From the NCBI GenBank assembly GCA_046563655.1, contig CM102289.1:2294001-2358000 (forward strand): DNA of 64,000 bases. The letters run 5' to 3'. The stretch's first letter is position 1, and each line of letters opens with the position of its first letter. The notes beneath the pieces are model-generated. The model worked only from the letters and a program-made list of their open reading frames with translations, was not told where the DNA came from and searched no databases. The position numbers and the translations under genes were made by a program. The DNA is from Yuukianura sp. NJ FZ-2021 (taxonomy: Eukaryota). Below, one piece after another: positions 26,189 to 36,914 of the stretch.

Positions 26189-26840
26189 CAAGGCAAATAA
26201 TCAAACATTCAAAAATGTGCAATTTTACAAACATTTTGAAATTTTGTAAAATGAGACAATAAATTATTTCTTCTGATGCATTGAATATATTTAATTAGCA
26301 CAAAATGGGTTATGGCCTGTATGTTTACAATGATTTTATTTAGTTTGGGATTTTTTTTTCGTATTGACCTTTTTATTTGTAACAAAAAATCAAATTAACG
26401 TTTACTATTTATACACTATATAAAATACGCTATTTACATTTGAAAGCAAAATTTTAAAAACAAGTCAAATTAAAAGCAGAACAAATTTGATAAAGCTTTT
26501 TTTGAGAATTATCGGCTCAGAGCTCTTAAAATGCTTAGGGAATTCATTTCCGGTTGTATAAAAATGTTGGTAACTTTTTAAAATTCGCGGCAATGATATT
26601 TGAATTCCAGGAAAATTTTTGATTGTTTCTGAAAATTAAAACCAGGAAGTGAATGTCAGCAGCCTTCTAGGAAGCATCGATAGCTTCTATTGAGGTTAAG
26701 TATCAACAAAGTGTTCTGATTTTAAGAGGTCATAAAATTTCTGCCACAATTTAGTTCTGTTCTAAATCCACTTCCAACCAGGTTTAGATTTACTCTTCTA
26801 GCCAACTTCTTCAAAATTTTTCAAAAATTTTAAAACAGAA

Positions 26841-27770
26841 ATGGCGGAAATTGTAAAATTGTATTCCCTGCTTGTCTTCTGCGCATGCATCGGTTTAGGT
26901 TGGGCTGGACCTCCCGCTGGAAAAATGGAGTCGTCGAAATACGAAGAACCAAAATGCGCCACCGTCACTGCCGCAAGCAACCTCTTATCCTCTTGGGTAA
27001 AAATTTATTTTTTTAGTTTAATGAAAATTATTTAAATGCAATTCTAATGCAACTGAATTTTGAAATTCCGTTTGCACAGATTTCAAAAATTCCAGCCTGG
27101 TACGTTCCAATGGCCAGTGCGCATGTGTACCATACTTGGGTTGAGAAATTTACGAACCAATCTTCAACTCCTGACAAAATACCCGGGTTGTGCCTGAAGC
27201 TGCTGTTTTTGGCTCCTGCCAAACCAAATACGCCGTACATGGTTGTAGCCGGTGGTTTGAATAAAGCAGTTGGCTACAAATGTACCGCAAAGTCTCCACA
27301 TCATCAAGCATGCGAAGGCGTACCAGGTTCACCTAACTACGCTCCTGGAGGTATAACCAACAAAAAATTCATAATTTTGAAATTTTAGTGATTTCTTGTA
27401 AATTCTGGTTGTCGGTAAGAGGTAATGGACTAAATGTATCATTTGTTTGAATTTCAGTTGAATTTGATGAAACGCTTGTAGCAACGGATAACGCGGTGAT
27501 TTAAAAAATGAATGAAATATTTTACTTTTTAGTTATAACTATATAACTTAAAAGTATGAATAATAAATTTAAATTTGTTACTAGCACTACGTCATGATGG
27601 TCCAGTGTATCCGGAATCAACTCAAGGCATGGTATGTCATGACCCCGACGGAAGCAGACCTTTCTCAGGATGTCAAGAAGGATGCATTGGGATTGGCAGT
27701 TAAACTTGGATTTGACAAGAAGTTTGGATCCATGGTGACTTACGAAAAGTGCCCAAAAGGAAAAGTTTAA
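26841..27770 (+). CDS. Secreted lipocalin-like protein 4, 4 exons
   Basis: Close paralog of gene 3 (PAWYVPMAS, ATDNA|HYVMMVQC, AWYVMTPT, LGFDK, YEKCP); extra intron 27497-27584. Confidence 0.65.
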
Positions 27771-28349
27771 ACCTCCTTCTATCATTTGAAAAAGAATAAT
27801 AAATTATTTGCCTTTTAGCATTAAAAGTAATTTGTGTGTCAACTCACTTTGGACTTAAAGCAAAGTCTTTCTTTTCTAAAATGTTCGAATATCCTGATCT
27901 TTCCGCTTATTTTGACGAACGTTGTACAAATTGAGAGTTTGATTCGGTTAAGCATTGGCTGTTATATTTTCTTTATCTTTAGTAAGTTAAAGGTTCTGCT
28001 GTCTACTACCGTCACTATAGGATTTTCTGCTCTATAGCTTATGTTTATAATTAGAACTTATAAGTAAAGCTTTCCTTTTCGACGTCACTTGAACTTCTAT
28101 AATCTAAAGTGCCACTTAAAAAATGAACTTGAGTTTTTTATTTTGGCTGTTTTCGGTCTTCAGTAGGATTGCTGTAATTTGTTTTGAGCCTGTTTTTGTT
28201 TGCTAAGTTCATATAAACTTGTAAATGGCATTAAAAAAACAAGAAGGCAAAGTTGTGGTAAAAACGATTTCTTCTATACAAATTATGTATAAAACGTATT
28301 CAAGTTAATTGAAAAAATTTGAGCTGCTAATGTTTTTTTTTTCAGAGCA

Positions 28350-29957
28350 ATGGACTCACACATATATTCACGGCCAGCTTTAGGAGCAAATGCAAAGTTG
28401 GGAGATTTATATGACTGTCGTTCGGATACTTTCATGGGAAAAGGAATTTTTAAAGAAAACCAGTTGTCATTGCCAGTTAAAGTGCAGAGTAGTTTGAAGC
28501 CGTTTAGAAATACTCGTCGTGCCGATGCTGAAAAGAACTCGCCATGGGAACCGTGCACATTTATCTCCAAACACTCCACAAACACAAAGGTATTACAAGG
28601 TGACAAAATTTCAGACAAGTTAAATCACTTATGTATAAACGATTTCATGGGTGTGAATGTTCTTGGAGGATTGATTTCTCTCGAAGGATCTGGGCAATAT
28701 TTACAAACAGAAAAACGTCATACGAGAGACCTCAGCTATAGCAAGAGGTACCAGTACTTAACCAAACATGAAAAAATCAACATTTACGACAAGAGGCTCA
28801 AAAATATAATTGACATTGAACCAATCAAGAACTCCGGCGCAACTCATTTCTTGGCTGAAATTACTTGGGGAGCAAACTTATTTATGACTGTGACACATAA
28901 AAATTGGGATCAACAACATAAAATACGCATTTTGAACGAATTTGAAGAACTGCTGGAGGGACTTGAACTCAGTGAATTCAAATTCTTGCTCCCCAAGACG
29001 CCCAGAACTGTCCAAAATCCTTTGCTGCAATTTGCATGTGACGTGCTTCCTAAAACGAAATTAGTCAAAAATCTTCGAGGAGCACACAGCTACGTTTCCA
29101 GTTTTAAAAACGCAGTAAAAGAAACAAACAATGGAAACGGGAAACAAATTAACTACATTCTTGTTCCGTTAATTTTTCTCAAAAATCAACATGGTGTGGA
29201 AATAGAAATTGAAACAACCACTAAATTGAGCGCTCCAATTGCTTCAAGAATAATTCAACTTTTTGATAAAATTGAAATTGCAAAGCAGTTGCTGAATGAA
29301 TTTGACGATAACACTGCAGATTCCAAACATCGTTTAACTAGAGAAAGTGTTAAAAGGATTCAGAATTTAGAAGCTCAATTTCGGAAAGAATTTGGGTTGC
29401 TTCTTCACCAAGTGAATTGTGGGGAAAAGCCGGCTGGTGACCTTAAAGCGCTTGTCGAAAATCATGAGGAAATTGACTTTTCTCCATTAATTGTTATTTG
29501 TGACATGGAAAATCACTTTCCCAAAGCAGACAATGAAGAGAAACTCCAAGCCTACTCTACGTTACTGCGACACAAAGTGACTTTAATTTCAATGCGAAGA
29601 GGTCTTACTCTTCACGACTTTATCAATGCATTTAGCCAGCAGTACCGCAAAGAAGGAATTGATACATACATTTTCTTTGAAGATTTACCGACGGAGGCAG
29701 CAGCCGAAGGAAAGGACATTTGGAGAAAGCAATTTCATCTGTTTTTGTCTTTTATTAAAAAGTGTGAATCAGTCCACAATTCAACGATCTTTGTTTACGT
29801 AAAGACTGACAGTTGTTCAAACCCTGCTAAATTAACAAGCACAATACATCGCTACAACGGCGGGAAATGTCTGGCCACTGACGCCTACAGAAACGCTCGT
29901 AGAATTTTTTCTTTTCGTCCAACAGAAAATAAAGTCCTGTCAATTTTTACTTTTTAG
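28350..29957 (+). CDS. Stonustoxin/neoverrucotoxin-like (SNTX-type MACPF/CDC) protein, 535 aa, single coding exon
   Basis: N-terminal RPALGANAKLGDLYDCRSD, LGGLISLEGSGQYL, ATHFLAEITWGAN and YILVPL match recalled SNTX-family motifs. Confidence 0.75.
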   Translation: MDSHIYSRPALGANAKLGDLYDCRSDTFMGKGIFKENQLSLPVKVQSSLKPFRNTRRADAEKNSPWEPCTFISKHSTNTKVLQGDKISDKLNHLCINDFMGVNVLGGLISLEGSGQYLQTEKRHTRDLSYSKRYQYLTKHEKINIYDKRLKNIIDIEPIKNSGATHFLAEITWGANLFMTVTHKNWDQQHKIRILNEFEELLEGLELSEFKFLLPKTPRTVQNPLLQFACDVLPKTKLVKNLRGAHSYVSSFKNAVKETNNGNGKQINYILVPLIFLKNQHGVEIEIETTTKLSAPIASRIIQLFDKIEIAKQLLNEFDDNTADSKHRLTRESVKRIQNLEAQFRKEFGLLLHQVNCGEKPAGDLKALVENHEEIDFSPLIVICDMENHFPKADNEEKLQAYSTLLRHKVTLISMRRGLTLHDFINAFSQQYRKEGIDTYIFFEDLPTEAAAEGKDIWRKQFHLFLSFIKKCESVHNSTIFVYVKTDSCSNPAKLTSTIHRYNGGKCLATDAYRNARRIFSFRPTENKVLSIFTF

Positions 29958-30692
29958 CTTCAATTTCCGTGAAGTATCTAAACCGTGATAGTTTTAAAGT
30001 GAAATTTGTTAAAACGAATTTTATACAAAATGTTCAAAAGCATTCCTATTTGTACTTTAAGGAAATTTGAGTTAAGCAAAACCAGAAGTTTCTTCCGCTT
30101 TTATTTTTATATTATTTCTAGCCCTTTCTTAATTCAAAACTGTTTGCTGGTTGCAACTTAAAATTCACTGCATTTTGTGGCGTTTACTATACTTTTACTC
30201 CACTTATCTTTACAAGCCTCGTTTTTTCGAAAATTTGTAATTTTTAAGTATTATGTGTTCACGTACGTTCTATGAGTTTTTTTACAAATGAAGCTCTGTT
30301 ATTTTATTTTGGAAATTTTAGTTTTTTTTTGAAACCTCTGGGAAAAAGACTTTACGGTTTTCCCATCCAAGCCTTGGGGAAAAAAATCAAATTCTCCTTA
30401 GGAGTTTCTAATTTATTTTAAGTATTAACAAAAATTATGTCTTAACACACTCCAAGATTTGCAATAATTCCAAAAAATAAAGTTAACCAAAGAATAAAAT
30501 GAAATCTGTCACTTGAAAGTACTGTCTGCTAAGCATCGTGCCTAGAATAATAATATTTCTTTCAAATTTACATTTTTAGAAAAAAGATTATGCAGAATGT
30601 TTAATTCTCACTTTTGACTTAATCTGCACAACTTCATCTCGAGGCAATTTTTCTCAATCGATTCAGTAATAATTTTGTACAGTGTTACAACC

Positions 30693-32792
30693 ATGGGCTA
30701 CTACCATGGGTCCAGGATTCGGCAATACTACAGTGGTTTTGCAGCAAATTTGGCAATAATGAGCATAGGCACTGCTTGGTCGTGGACAGCAACTGCAATT
30801 CCGAGTATTAATTCAAGTAAGGCCCCTGGATTGAGTCCATTGGTTTCCAGTGATGAAGCTTGGATTACTGCCATTGTTTTTGTAAGTTTTGCCCATTTAT
30901 AAAATTAAGTGGCAAACTAAATTTAAAAACTAATTAGCCAAAGTATTATAAATTAATCGAATTAGAATATCGAATTCTAAACTAGAATTGAGGAAAAGCA
31001 ATATCAACAAGTTCAGAAGCTATAATTTATTAGACGCCTAGTTAAGTTTCGCGCTATTTGCCTATTTGCTACAATAATATATACTCTATGACCAAAATGT
31101 TTTAAAAACCCAAAGTCCGTTTTAAATATTTTGTTTGTTTTCTTTATTTTATTAGGTAGGTGCAGTTGCTGCTGGTCCGCTTTCCGGATTTTTTATACAC
31201 ACGTTCGGCTTAAGGATGAGCATGCTCAGTTTGACTGCTCCATTAATAGGAGGCTGGATTTTAATAATTTTCTCTTCTAACTTTTGGATGTTGTTTTTCG
31301 GAAGGCTAATTACAGGTATACAGAATCTTTTTTTAACTACAATTTTCAATTATATCAACTCAGTTAAAATTTCTATAAAAAAAAATATCTTAAATCTTAA
31401 AAATTTCAGGATTTTGTGCTGGTGGAGTGGGAATCGCAGTGCCAGTTTTTATTGCGGAGACGACAGAAGTTGAAATCAGAGGAAAACTTGGATTTGGTTA
31501 CGATCTACTTGGATCCTTGGGACAACTTTACATGTAAGTATAAAAGAATTATTTCGCTATCAAAATTTTGCACAAAAATAAAATTTTACTAAACTGGTAT
31601 GTAAATTCCTTTAGATTTGGCGTTGGTTACTGCGTATCGTGGGAATGGCAATCAGTAGCATGTGCCATAATTCCAATTGTTTTCCATGTACTGATGATGG
31701 TAGTTCCAGAAACACCAAGGACGCTTATATCACAACAGAAGTTTGAAGACGCCAAGAAATCTTTGGCTTGGTTTCGACATGCACCTTCAACAGATTTAGT
31801 TGAAGAAGAATTTAAAAGCGTATGAAACTCAATCAGAAATTAAGAACCAAAAAAAGGTTTTTCCAATTGGTTTTTACGTAATATATTTTAATTTTTTCCT
31901 AGATTCTGGAGGCTTTAGAACACGAAACAGAAGCATTTCGAATCTCAGATTTGTTGTCGAGTAAAGTGTTACGTCCGACAATGATATGCGTCACCCTAAT
32001 GTTTTTTATGCAAGCCTCGGGCATTAATGCCATCTTTGCATACACGGTGGACATATTTGAGGCGGCGGGAGTGAGTGACAGTTTCTTGGCCACAGTGATC
32101 ATGGGTGTTACAGCAGTGGTACGCTATTCTAAAAATTAACCGATTCAAAGGAAAGACAATACACAAAGTATTTAATTTTTAATTATCTTTTACTTTAGGT
32201 GATGACTTGTATAGCAGCGTTATGCGTAGACCGAGTCGGAAGGCGAATGCTGCTCCTGATGTCATCAGCCATCATGGCAGTAAACCTTTCTCTACTAGGC
32301 GTTTATTTGTATTTTCAAGAGTCTTTTTTGCCATTTTGGAATTGGATACCGCTCGCTTGTTTGGTTTTGTACACGACTGGATTTGCAATTGGATTTGGTC
32401 CAGTTCCATTTGTTCTAATGGGAGAACTAATTCCGAATGAATCCAAGGGTAACAAAAATTCTAAAAGTTTTTGAGGGAATTGAACAACTTTCTAATCTTC
32501 ATTTCAAAAAAAAAGTTTTTCAAAGTTTTAATTCGATTTTGATTTTATTTTAGGCATTTCATCGGCGTTTATTATAATTTGGGCAAGAATTTTTGCATTT
32601 GTTGTTGTTTTTCTATTCAACGATACACAAAAATACTTGGGTCAGTATGGTTGCTACTGGCTGTTTGCAGGCTCCTGTGTCATTGCATTTTTCTACGTTT
32701 ATGCATGCGTGCCTGAAACCAAAGGAAAATCTCTCCAGCAGATACAACTGCACTTTCAAAAATCCAAAATCGAAAAACACTGTAACCCGTGA
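30693..32792 (+). CDS. MFS sugar porter, facilitated trehalose transporter Tret1-like (multi-exon)
   Basis: Motifs GRLITG, PETPR, QASGINA, DRVGRR, GFGPVPFVLMGELIP and PETKGKSL across GT-AG spliced exons. Confidence 0.9.
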
Positions 32793-33126
32793 ATTTTTTC
32801 TGATACAGATTTTATTTATAAGTGCAGCAACATTTAAGATTGGGTAATTTTATGTGTAACATACATGTATTAGCTAGATGTTTCGAATCATCCTGTTAAC
32901 TAGTTCTTAGTGTAATAATAAAATAATAAACAGTACTAATATTTACATATTTTGGTGATATTGAAATATTAACATTGAGATTTGGTTTTTCCTTTATGAC
33001 TTTATGTCAATCTTCTTATTACCTATTACAGAAATAGTGCTTGACATAAAAACGAAAAATGAAATAAACTGTTAGTTTTACGCAAACGTTAGTACATTAT
33101 CTCAATAAATGTATTGTCACAGTGTA

Positions 33127-34347
33127 CTAATGTTTGAGTAAAACAGAAAGTTGCATCACGTAGTCCACAATATTTTGGTTCACGTTGACGACCATTCCAC
33201 GGTCGACAAAGTTCAATGTCCCGCATTTGATATGACACGGGCGTAGTCCTCTGGTATTCCGACGTCCACTTTTCCCCATTTCTGCGTCTGCCCTCTTACG
33301 CAGCAACGTAACATACTCTACTGATGAGCTGTGAATATTAGCTGCAGCAATCAAAAAAATGTTCAGAAAAAGTATTAAAGTTGTCGATAAAGAAACAAGG
33401 ACGAAACGGGAAATGAGGTTTTCAATTCTCAGCCCAACGACAAACATAATTGAACAAAAGGCAGTTGCAAGTACAACATATGCACCAAAAGGTAAAAGAA
33501 CAAAGTCTGAGCCCATTGACGTAGAAATTGTAATGGCATTATAGCGGATCAATTCATACGCCAGAGTTAGTTTTCTCGCTTCAAGTTGAGCGGGAGAAAA
33601 CCAAAAATTTAGTATGTCTTTACTACAAAGAGCAAGTAGTGCATAGGGTCTGAATTTGTATCCACAGAGATACATGCTGTATCCACGCACTGTAAGCACG
33701 GCTAAACTGATACATATTACCAGAAAGTTGAATACGAAGCCAGACGTGCCTGAAATTACTACCTTGCCTACCAATATTTGGATCAATAGATTGATGTAGC
33801 GAGCACGTAGCAGAGATGCATCTACAGCTACGAATATTCCCAAACATGGTAGAATTATGTATGCTGGCTTCATTAGCCACAAAGTTTTGTAGGCTTCTGG
33901 TGGGCAATAGAAGGTGTTTCCTATGTTTTAATATAAATTTTGAAATATGCAGTTAATCGTTTCTTTTTCTAATGTTGCCTGCTTACCAATTTTCCGTGTT
34001 TGCAGCAGCAACATGGAATTGGCAACTTGTTGCAATAATTTGTCTTGCCGGATTTCGTTTATGTCAACTACAAGGCCATGCAGTATAGCGGCAGCGCTTG
34101 ATACACATTGGAACGTAACCAACATGTTCATTTCCTCGTAATAACTCACGATACCCAATAAACCAGATACCACAACTGCAGATACCTCAATCAATAAATT
34201 GCAAGTTGATAAGCAACGGTATTTCTTTGAACCGTCTAAAACACATCGCATCAAGTTATTACTCCAGAGCAACGGTGATTGATAGGTTGCATGAGATTTT
34301 TGAAATGAGCGCAAAAGTAAATTTAGTGATGCACTGAGCAGTTCCAT
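33127..34347 (-). CDS. GR-like 7TM chemoreceptor (subfamily B), 2 exons
   Basis: Exons 34347-33987 and 33920-33127; C-terminus CHIKCGTLNFVDRGMVVNVNQNIVDYVMQL; paralog of the 14.3 and 41 kb genes. Confidence 0.7.
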
Positions 34348-35589
34348 GATTACAATATTTCACTAAAGTGGATTAGTGAAGCGCTAGTGAAGATACTGAT
34401 TCAACACCAAATTCGTTTGAGCTACTAAAAATAGTTGCTTCGGGAGAAGTGCTTGTTTTTTCCCCGGGACCTCAATATGATGAATTTTTAAAAAAAAAAG
34501 AAAGCAAAACCGTGTGACTTGGTACGAATAGTTTTTTTTACTAATGGGCTTTGAAAAAGTCCTCGTATACCTGTTCTTCTACTACTGTCAAAGCACTTTA
34601 AGCATATGCACATAAACGGCCCCATAAACAGCTTAATTAACATATAGCTGAACTGTCACCTGTAAATAGTCAACTTGCAGGCGGCAGAAGCTCTTGGGGA
34701 AAAAATTTCCAGAATTAAATTTGAAATGTTGGAAAAATTGAAAAATTCGTGTTTCTAGACTTCAACTGCTTCGGTTTTTGAATTTCACATGAACGCCCCA
34801 ATTAAACACACCAAAACGTGATTCCACCATTCGTGGCAATATTTTGGTGGAAGTGCTAGGCGTTAGAAGCTCTTGGGCAAAAAAATTTGTAAGTTGTAGG
34901 GGAAATGTCGGGAGAAGTGAAAAATATCAACTTCAAGTGCTTTCGGAAAAAAATTTGAAAAGTTATATTAAAATTGTAGGAAAAAGTGAAAAAATCGCTA
35001 ATTTCAACTGCAAGTGCATGACGATGACATGAACTTTGTGGCTTGTGAAATTTTAAAAAATCTCAAAAACCCATTTCTAGAGAATGACCGAGGCCAACAT
35101 TGCTCGGAGTACGACCAATGGAATTTGGTGAATTTTCAGAATCCAAGATGATTACATGAAGAATATTACAAACCAATGCAAACTTAAAAACCTGAATAGA
35201 CAAAAACGGTCTAACATTAACTGAAACAAAACCAAGCAATTTGTTAAAAGAACGTAAAGGGGTAGCAATTACATAATTCAATGTAATTTTGCCTATCAAA
35301 TTTCTGTTCTTGGCATTTTTTAAATTCATTCTACCTTCGATTTATTCTACTTTAATTAAAAAAAATTTCAACGGGTGACGACGCATTCCCAAATTCATTT
35401 TACCTTGGTTACCAAACAAATTTTCTGTTCGCACTACCTAGTATGATTCTATTTACCTTGAGTCAGGGTTAGCTTAAAACAAAACCTTCACCCTAGCTGA
35501 ATAGGAGTACGTGATGGTGAATCTTTTAAAGTTGAAAACCTAAAACCATAATTTATGTCCTTTCCTGTTGCAAATTGCCATAATGAATT

Positions 35590-36470
35590 CATATCAAAAG
35601 GTTTTAGTTTTACCCTTCTCATATTATATACATAACTTAAGTATTGATTTTCCATGGTGTTTCGTGTCTGTATTACAAGAATTCTACCTTGACTGTAAAG
35701 TGCGTATGCTTAATGTTATAATCTGCGTCAATCCAAGGTTACGCTTAACCACAATATTGAAAAGTCGCTTCCATGCTGATTCATGCAAACACTTTTCAAA
35801 TATAAATGAAATTGTTTCAGTGAGAAGAAGAATTCCATAGGGATAAGAAATTGTGCAAAAGAAAGAAAGCAAAATTTAAGTGTTTTTCTCTTACAATATT
35901 GAATTCGTATCAAAAGGGTTTGTATGTACCCTTCTCAAACGTGTACATAACTTAAGTACTGACATTCCATGCGGTTTCCATTACGAGAATTCAAACTTGA
36001 CTGTAAGGCGTGGCACGCCTAACTTTGAAACTCGCGAAAATACAAGGTTAAGCTTAAACATAATATTCAAAAGTAGTTTCCATGCTGATTCATGCAGACA
36101 ATTTTCAAACATAAATGTAATTGTTGCGGTTACAAGAAGAATTCCATAGGGATAAAAAATTGTCATAATATTTGAAGAAATACTGAGCGCACGCTCTTTT
36201 CTGCGCCACTTCCTGTTCGATCTGCGCAGAACTTGCTCAGCCTCCGACGGTTGGACTATGGGCAACCATCTTTCCCAAATATGGTAGATGCCATGCGCCA
36301 TCAAATCCAAAGTTCGCCTATAGATCCATTTTACTCCTATTGCACAGCATAATTCCTTTCCAAAAGTTTAGTATTTTGTCATCTCCCTTCTTAAATTTTT
36401 TCCTCCGGTAATGTTTTCCGTAACTGAAATGATGGCGTCTAATGTAATTTCGGTATCAATATGTGCTATT
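35590..36470 (-). pseudogene. Two tandem 3'-end fragments of the 36915-39503 IR-like gene
   Basis: PYGILLLTETISFIFEKCL (35684-35872) and DLMAHGIYHIWERWLPIVQPS...PYGILLVTATITF (35981-36310) match the IR C-terminus; both are truncated or internally deleted. Confidence 0.75.
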
Positions 36471-36482
36471 TAATCATTTTTT

Positions 36483-36760
36483 TTACAATGTTGCCAGCAT
36501 ACCAATTTTCCGTGTTTGTAGCAACAGCATGGAATTGAAATTGACACCTTGTTGAGATAATTTGTCTTGCCAAATTTCGCTTAGGTCAGTGCAAGTAGTA
36601 AGGCAGCGCTTGATACACATTGGAGCGTAACCAACATGTCCATTTCCTCGTAATGACTCGCGACACCCAATAAACGAAATATCACAACTGCAGATGCCTC
36701 GAATAATAAATTGCAAGTTGATAAACAACGGCATTCCTTTCACCCGTCTAAAACACTTAC
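36483..36760 (-). pseudogene. Degenerate copy of exon 1 of the 33127-34347 GR-like gene
   Basis: Colinear with ~33970-34245 (e.g. NSMLLLQTRKIG, GCAGCGCTTGATACACATTGG), with indels. Confidence 0.75.
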
Positions 36761-36914
36761 TACTAACTAACAATACTACAATTGTTGGCCGAAACCAAAC
36801 CTAACACTACGATTTATAACTCAGACACAACGGGATTTCCAAAAATGGAAAAAACTGCAACGTTTGATTTTTTCTACTTCAGCTTTTATTTACAACAATA
36901 TTGCAACATGAATA

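Noticed and set aside
34680..35050. Degenerate direct repeat (AGAAGCTCTTGGG.AAAAAAATTT twice)
   Set aside because: Too short and diverged to assign; no termini or TSD found.
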